A stretch of 64,000 nt of DNA from Ostrea edulis (Eukaryota): contig NC_079166.1 of NCBI RefSeq assembly GCF_947568905.1, positions 48,174,001 through 48,238,000 of the forward strand, read 5' to 3'. Every line of letters starts with the position of its first letter. Positions within the stretch are counted from its first letter, which is position 1. The notes under the pieces are model-generated. The model did no database searches, was not told where the DNA came from, and saw only the letters and a list, made by a program, of their open reading frames with translations. Of the stretch, positions 63,701-64,000 are shown one piece after another. Position numbers and translations under genes: made by a program.

Positions 63701-63766
63701 AGCCGGGTCCTGGACTGGCTCAGAAACTTTTATGGACACACCGGTCTAGTGGAGGTTAAATATTCG
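1198..63766 (+). CDS. Divergent axonemal dynein heavy chain, outer-arm gamma/DNAH5-DNAH8-like (partial, 68 core exons, 5' and 3' ends outside window)
   Basis: Phase-consistent GT-AG exons: 1198-1371,1520-1901,3082-3296,3775-3969,4517-4632,5370-5600,5922-6055,7664-7800,7910-8030,8140-8444,8749-9008,9581-9735,10477-10602,12374-12485,12690-12975,14003-14115,15079-15183,16424-16716,16971-17146,17370-17853,18004-18135,19667-19776,20818-21274,21377-21576,22033-22228,24409-24540,24741-24875,25103-25204,25442-25567,26339-26450,30392-30687,30941-31078,31374-31600,32093-32289,34713-34861,35084-35291,35580-35845,36014-36100,36888-36995,37959-38045,40619-40683,41065-41268,42917-42997,43085-43154,43289-43412,43641-43739,44571-44671,44778-44927,45017-45091,45249-45419,45558-45716,45985-46092,46570-46736,47267-47453,48216-48323,48446-48585,48692-48820,49139-49345,50391-50531,50827-51223,51632-51857,54975-55112,55243-55323,55606-55838,62192-62382,62871-62999,63266-63374,63581-63766. 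Dynein hallmarks: GPLSELERW, RNAPPVAGAIHWSRQL, IRNRHW, RRAFPRFYFVSD, YPAQV, TDFEW, YGNEFYG, four P-loop regions, WPLLCDP. Confidence 0.95.
2015..2262. mobile_element. Non-autonomous DNA transposon (MITE-like) with duplicated right TIR
   Basis: Left ACTGTAAAAGTGGTAATTTAC; its inverse GTAAATAACCACTTTTACAGT ends at 2224 and again at 2261. Confidence 0.7.
2261..2472. mobile_element. Degenerate MITE with TACTGT(T/A)AACCAACTT-type termini
   Basis: Left tactgttaaccaactttt, right aaaagttgattttcaata; CpG-rich interior; partial related terminus near 37025. Confidence 0.5.
4627..5017 (+). repeat. 29-30 bp minisatellite (about 13 units) built on the exon 5 splice donor
   Basis: Unit gtaagtcactaaacaagtcatacaggagt; GTAAGT at 4633 (real), then 4650, 4679, 4708, 4738, 4767, 4796, 4826, 4855, 4884, 4913, 4943. 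Confidence 0.95.
10008..10396. mobile_element. MITE-like insertion with 14-bp perfect inverted repeats
   Basis: CCTATTTCGGTGAC at 10015-10028 and GTCACCGAAATAGG at 10377-10390; CpG-rich relative to intron. Confidence 0.6.
10477..17146 (+). CDS. Dynein tail/neck between DHC_N1 and DHC_N2 (exons 13-19)
   Basis: Continuous frame including FEVEVGFNIPNITLNPSLD and YNFLWKDD..EVERFLYIEKK, typical of the dynein mid-tail. Confidence 0.85.
11259..11381 (+). CDS. Candidate cassette exon, 123 nt, phase 0-0 (EYDLTSMRGE...QRRPSSSPSLIPMM)
   Basis: Acceptor cccacttttcag, GC-rich open frame matching host intron phase. Donor G|GTCACT is weak. Confidence 0.35.
14333..14472. repeat. 35-bp tandem repeat x4
   Basis: Unit aagcacttttgtatgtgccattgggtacctgtaac. 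Confidence 0.95.
14495..14770 (+). mobile_element. Short Helentron/HINE (pearl/CvA-like) non-autonomous element
   Basis: T-run plus subterminal tatcccctc with nearby inverse gaggggat, GT-rich microsatellite, core ttgatttttggatcaaaaggtcaa, distal gaggggata at 14748-14756. Confidence 0.55.
14771..15058. repeat. 43-bp tandem repeat, about 6.7 copies, ending about 20 nt upstream of exon 17 acceptor
   Basis: Unit agagctcttgtttagaaatgattctaggtttgcataagaatag. Confidence 0.95.
15870..16235. repeat. 40-bp tandem repeat, about 9 copies, with alternating variants
   Basis: Unit atgacatgaagtttgca(g/a)atttgac(c/a)atgacacct(c/g)atta. Confidence 0.95.
17370..26450 (+). CDS. Dynein DHC_N2/linker region (exons 20-30)
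   Basis: LPSKLKDWDAY, EIRNRHW, WLQVQDLWQYLEAVF, RRAFPRFYFVSDPVLLAMLS, SSDGEMIVL, YPAQV, TDFEWRRCIRCY. Confidence 0.92.
18370..18683. repeat. 29-bp tandem repeat, about 10 copies
   Basis: Unit ctataagtataactacagactgtcaggtg. Confidence 0.95.
19980..20648 (+). mobile_element. Helentron-associated (HINE, pearl/CvA-type) element with three internal about 140-bp repeats
   Basis: T-run, subTIR ATACCCCCCGC (19986-19996) and inverse GCGGGGGGTAT (20605-20615), (GTCC)n microsatellite, core repeats starting ggtttccgggctc at 20058, 20196, 20341 (partial at 20481), 3' hairpin GTGAGCATTGCTCAC, ends ctcttgtt. Confidence 0.85.
22810..23771 (+). CDS. Four candidate phase 0-0 cassette exons: 22810-22851 (TPVPGRRQSQSLDE), 23318-23353 (IPEICKYIEEMG), 23439-23510 (EEPSSKQ..VHK), 23697-23771 (QEKDSTKK..SLY)
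   Basis: Each has a pyrimidine tract plus AG, a GT donor (GTCAGA, GTTAGG, GTATCC, GTAAGA), length divisible by 3 and no stop. The 3' end of the first is uncertain (alternatives 22901, 22918). Confidence 0.5.
25630..25767 (+). mobile_element. 5'-truncated RTE-clade LINE (3' end) with 12-bp target-site duplication
   Basis: Encodes ..GMTWAELKRIARNRVCWKNVVAALCSPGNPED*, resembling RTE ORF C-termini; short aagtc-type tail; TSD AACTTTATGGTA at 25618-25629 and 25768-25779. Confidence 0.85.
26030..26235. mobile_element. Degenerate dispersed repeat (TACTGT..ACAGTA-type MITE family; similar copies near 6395-6570 and 40270-40440)
   Basis: Shared motif tgtagaatca...ttt(c/t)gtggg..aattttcg..aaattaaat in three introns. 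Confidence 0.45.
26764..27448 (+). CDS. Two candidate phase 1-1 cassette exons: 26764-26835 (NDETFENESIDIKTEASVSDLSI) and 27410-27448 (SPGKQNSRMSLS)
   Basis: ttgattag..C|GTAAGC and atcctacag..G|GTAAAA; 72 and 39 nt, open, same phase as host intron 26451-30391. Confidence 0.5.
27808..29695. repeat. 53-bp satellite, about 35.6 copies, each unit with two hairpins
   Basis: Unit taacagtcaccacaactgttacagaatacatctgatgtattaaactctacatt; stems TAACAGT/ACTGTTA and AATACAT/ATGTATT. Confidence 0.97.
29788..29809 (+). repeat. G22 homopolymer (further G runs near 57566-57591 and 62440-62453)
   Basis: Direct reading. Confidence 0.9.
30392..35291 (+). CDS. Dynein AAA1 module (exons 31-36), divergent
   Basis: YGNEFYG..LTPVTERCF, Walker A GPVGVGKT, Walker B WCCFDE, LPIDVRSLFRMVSLVKPD. 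Confidence 0.92.
32636..34430 (+). CDS. Candidate phase 1-1 cassette exons: 32636-32695 (PKILPK..RRQSN), 32996-33022 (QQYFASLN), 33932-34009 (..HFPRRGTIH), weaker 34404-34430 (RLLDKTNL)
   Basis: AG/GT flanked (donors GTGAGA, GTAAGC, GTATAT, GTTGAG); 60, 27, 78 and 27 nt, open in phase 1 like host intron 32290-34712. Confidence 0.5.
35580..43154 (+). CDS. Dynein AAA2 module (exons 37-44)
   Basis: Walker A GPPGSGKS, WVDGIFT, WLCLDGP, FETDNLINASPASVSRSG, FCLIWTFGG. Confidence 0.92.
36220..36885. repeat. About 500-bp polypurine tract followed by about 160-bp polypyrimidine-rich tract
   Basis: G/A-only runs with internal aggaagggagataagaggaaagggga repeats, then cccccccatttattctcccatattcct x2. 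Confidence 0.92.
38345..39999 (+). CDS. Four candidate phase 0-0 micro-exons: 38345-38350 (EQ), 38745-38771 (NVPHHKFTR), 39455-39484 (DELAHQLLIT), 39937-39999 (YQKKPD..TVEG)
   Basis: Sites: ctatag|GAGCAG|gtaaga; ccttcag|..AGG|gtaaga; gtctag|..ACA|gtgagt; ttgacag|..GGG|gtaaag. Lengths 6, 27, 30, 63 nt. Confidence 0.55.
41416..42394. mobile_element. 979-bp non-autonomous DNA transposon with about 42-bp TIRs (Kolobok-like termini)
   Basis: 5' AGGGCTATTCCAGAAATAAATACATGGGGGGGTCGGGAGGCA; 3' reverse complement AGGGCTGTTCCAGAAATGATCAAATGGGGGGGTCGGGCGGCA; imperfect TTAA-like flanks; CpG-rich; no transposase ORF. Confidence 0.85.
43289..46092 (+). CDS. Dynein AAA3 module (exons 45-52)
   Basis: Walker A GANGSGKT, Walker B VFIDDVNLP, LRHFAVF, HYLFTLKDI, WRHEMHRIIRDRL. 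Confidence 0.92.
43915..44555. mobile_element. Probable interspersed repeat (class unresolved) filling most of intron 46
   Basis: CpG-rich block distinct from neighbouring intron DNA; no termini confidently identified. Confidence 0.35.
46570..50531 (+). CDS. Dynein AAA4 module (exons 53-59), P-loop degenerate
   Basis: GNMLLIGAVGSHLATLCKLA (AAA4 position), INSLLISGEYPHLF, YPGLLSGCAINWMCDWPQEAL, YVGPTTY. Confidence 0.9.
46829..47288 (+). repeat. 37-bp minisatellite (12 units) built on the exon 54 splice acceptor
   Basis: Unit ttatgttgtttacag|tg(g/a)gaacatgctgttgattggt; AG ends at 46841, 46878, 46915, 46961, 46998, 47044, 47081, 47118, 47155, 47192, 47229 and 47266 (real). Confidence 0.96.
47857..48040 (+). 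mobile_element. Fragment of a common bivalve interspersed repeat (retroelement 3' end-like)
   Basis: gggtgtgaccagttgacaagggatgcttactcctcctaggcacctgatccacctctggta recognised from memory as a recurrent oyster repeat; class not verified. Confidence 0.5.
48090..48172. mobile_element. MITE remnant with TACAGTCGAA-type terminus
   Basis: Ends tttgagataataagattcgactgta, the inverse of the tacagtcgaacctcgttatctcgaa terminus type. Confidence 0.4.
49459..50271. mobile_element. Tc1/mariner-superfamily MITE with TA TSD; extra copy of right TIR at 50323-50345
   Basis: TIRs CCGTATATACTCGCCTATAAGTCGG and CCGACTTGTAGGCGAGTATATACGG, TA on both sides, then (TA)n. Confidence 0.88.
50827..62999 (+). CDS. Dynein stalk CC1, microtubule-binding domain and CC2 (exons 60-66)
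   Basis: Heptad coiled coil, then RPSIERLKGFGNPPNLVGQVMEMVMILIG (H1-H2), WKSMQQ (H3), LVQYTIAIVEY..GPLK (H6/CC2 start) and AAFLAYCGP after the stalk. Confidence 0.88.
52675..52783. repeat. 27-bp tandem repeat, about 4 copies
   Basis: Unit agcattgctagcattcaaaattcaaca. Confidence 0.85.
53008..53076. mobile_element. 69-bp mini inverted-repeat element
   Basis: TATAGCTGCAGAT (53008-53020) and ATCTGCAGCTATA (53064-53076), a perfect 13-bp inverted repeat. Confidence 0.5.
53689..53733 (+). CDS. Candidate 45-nt phase 1-1 cassette exon in MTBD loop (DRKKSARSSAGNAPQ)
   Basis: gttctcatttctctacag acceptor, AAG|GTATCA donor; continues the K/S-rich insertion of the flanking exons. Confidence 0.6.
56775..56822 (+). 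CDS. Candidate 48-nt phase 0-0 cassette exon in stalk CC2 insertion (RLRRSKLTPSPKPQPK)
   Basis: aataacag acceptor, AAG|GTTTGT donor; GC/CpG-rich island in AT-rich intron, in frame. Confidence 0.55.
57592..58695 (+). mobile_element. Degenerate Helentron-type element related to the oyster Cg170/HindIII satellite family
   Basis: 5' tagcttgcctaatctgaaaaccacaatgagcttttctga, core ..ctcaagaacaact..gaaggggcgttccccttttcaag, 3' gctcaggtgagcaatatggcccatgggcct; family recognised from memory. Confidence 0.55.
58476..58611. repeat. 33-bp tandem repeat x4
   Basis: Unit taatgagggatat(g/a)atattcaatcacactgctg. Confidence 0.92.
60488..61448. repeat. 31-bp minisatellite, about 31 copies, hairpin unit
   Basis: Unit acctcacacaaggttacgttgtgtttttact; stem ACACAA/TTGTGT; explains ORFs with 31-aa periodicity. 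Confidence 0.97.
63266..63766 (+). CDS. Start of dynein AAA5 region (exons 67-68); gene continues beyond window
   Basis: ENACFLMQ..WPLLCDPTSRVLDWL corresponds to the canonical xPLLIDPQxQxxxWI motif. Donor GTAAGT at 63767. Confidence 0.88.
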
Positions 63767-63772
63767 GTAAGT

Positions 63773-63775
<3 letters not shown>

Positions 63776-63815
<40 letters not shown>
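63776..63815. repeat. (TA)n microsatellite just after exon 68 donor
   Basis: Direct reading. Confidence 0.9.
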
Positions 63816-63818
<3 letters not shown>

Positions 63819-64000
63819 TTCTGACCCTAGAAGTGCAACTTCTTTCTTTGTCACTTTAGTCCAGGATGTGAATGCAAAAGATTTCATAAGTCACAAGATA
63901 TATAAAATGTCTCCTTGTGAGGAATTTTTCAAAGGCAAAATCTCTTCAAACAAATATTGTAAAGTCACCAATTCAATTCTTCATACAACACGGCCAGGTG

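Noticed and set aside
1198-63766. Dynein as a pseudogene given its motif loss
   Set aside because: All 68 exons join in frame with GT-AG sites and no stop over about 3,920 codons.
1-64000. tRNA, rRNA or snoRNA genes
   Set aside because: No cloverleaf, rRNA-like segment or convincing C/D or H/ACA box pair seen by eye; a covariance-model search would be needed to exclude them.

Overview
Eukaryotic, AT-rich genomic DNA with GT-AG introns. The repeat families resemble those of oysters and other bivalves (inference). The whole window lies inside one + strand gene, a very divergent axonemal dynein heavy chain most similar to the outer-arm gamma class (DNAH5/DNAH8-like). I traced 68 core exons from 1198 to 63766 by hand. 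Every junction is phase-consistent, and the exons sum to 11,761 nt (about 3,920 codons) with no stop. They run from the DHC_N1 tail through the linker, AAA1-AAA4 and the stalk/MTBD to the start of AAA5; both gene ends lie outside the window. Main observations: (1) several catalytic motifs are eroded (AAA1 sensor-II Arg and GYAGR, AAA3 PGGGR, AAA4 P-loop Lys) although the frame is intact; (2) about 17 small frame-preserving cassette or micro-exon candidates (6-123 nt) sit in seven long introns, each matching its host intron phase, several encoding RRxS/T PKA-type motifs; (3) real splice sites have been tandemly amplified into arrays (11 extra donors at one exon, 11 extra acceptors at another); (4) an MTBD exon starts with a recursive-splice-like CAG|GTAAGA. 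Introns also carry hairpin-unit minisatellites, MITEs, Helentron/HINE-type elements and a 5'-truncated RTE LINE with a 12-bp TSD. All coordinates were read manually, and the cassette exons are predictions that need RNA evidence.
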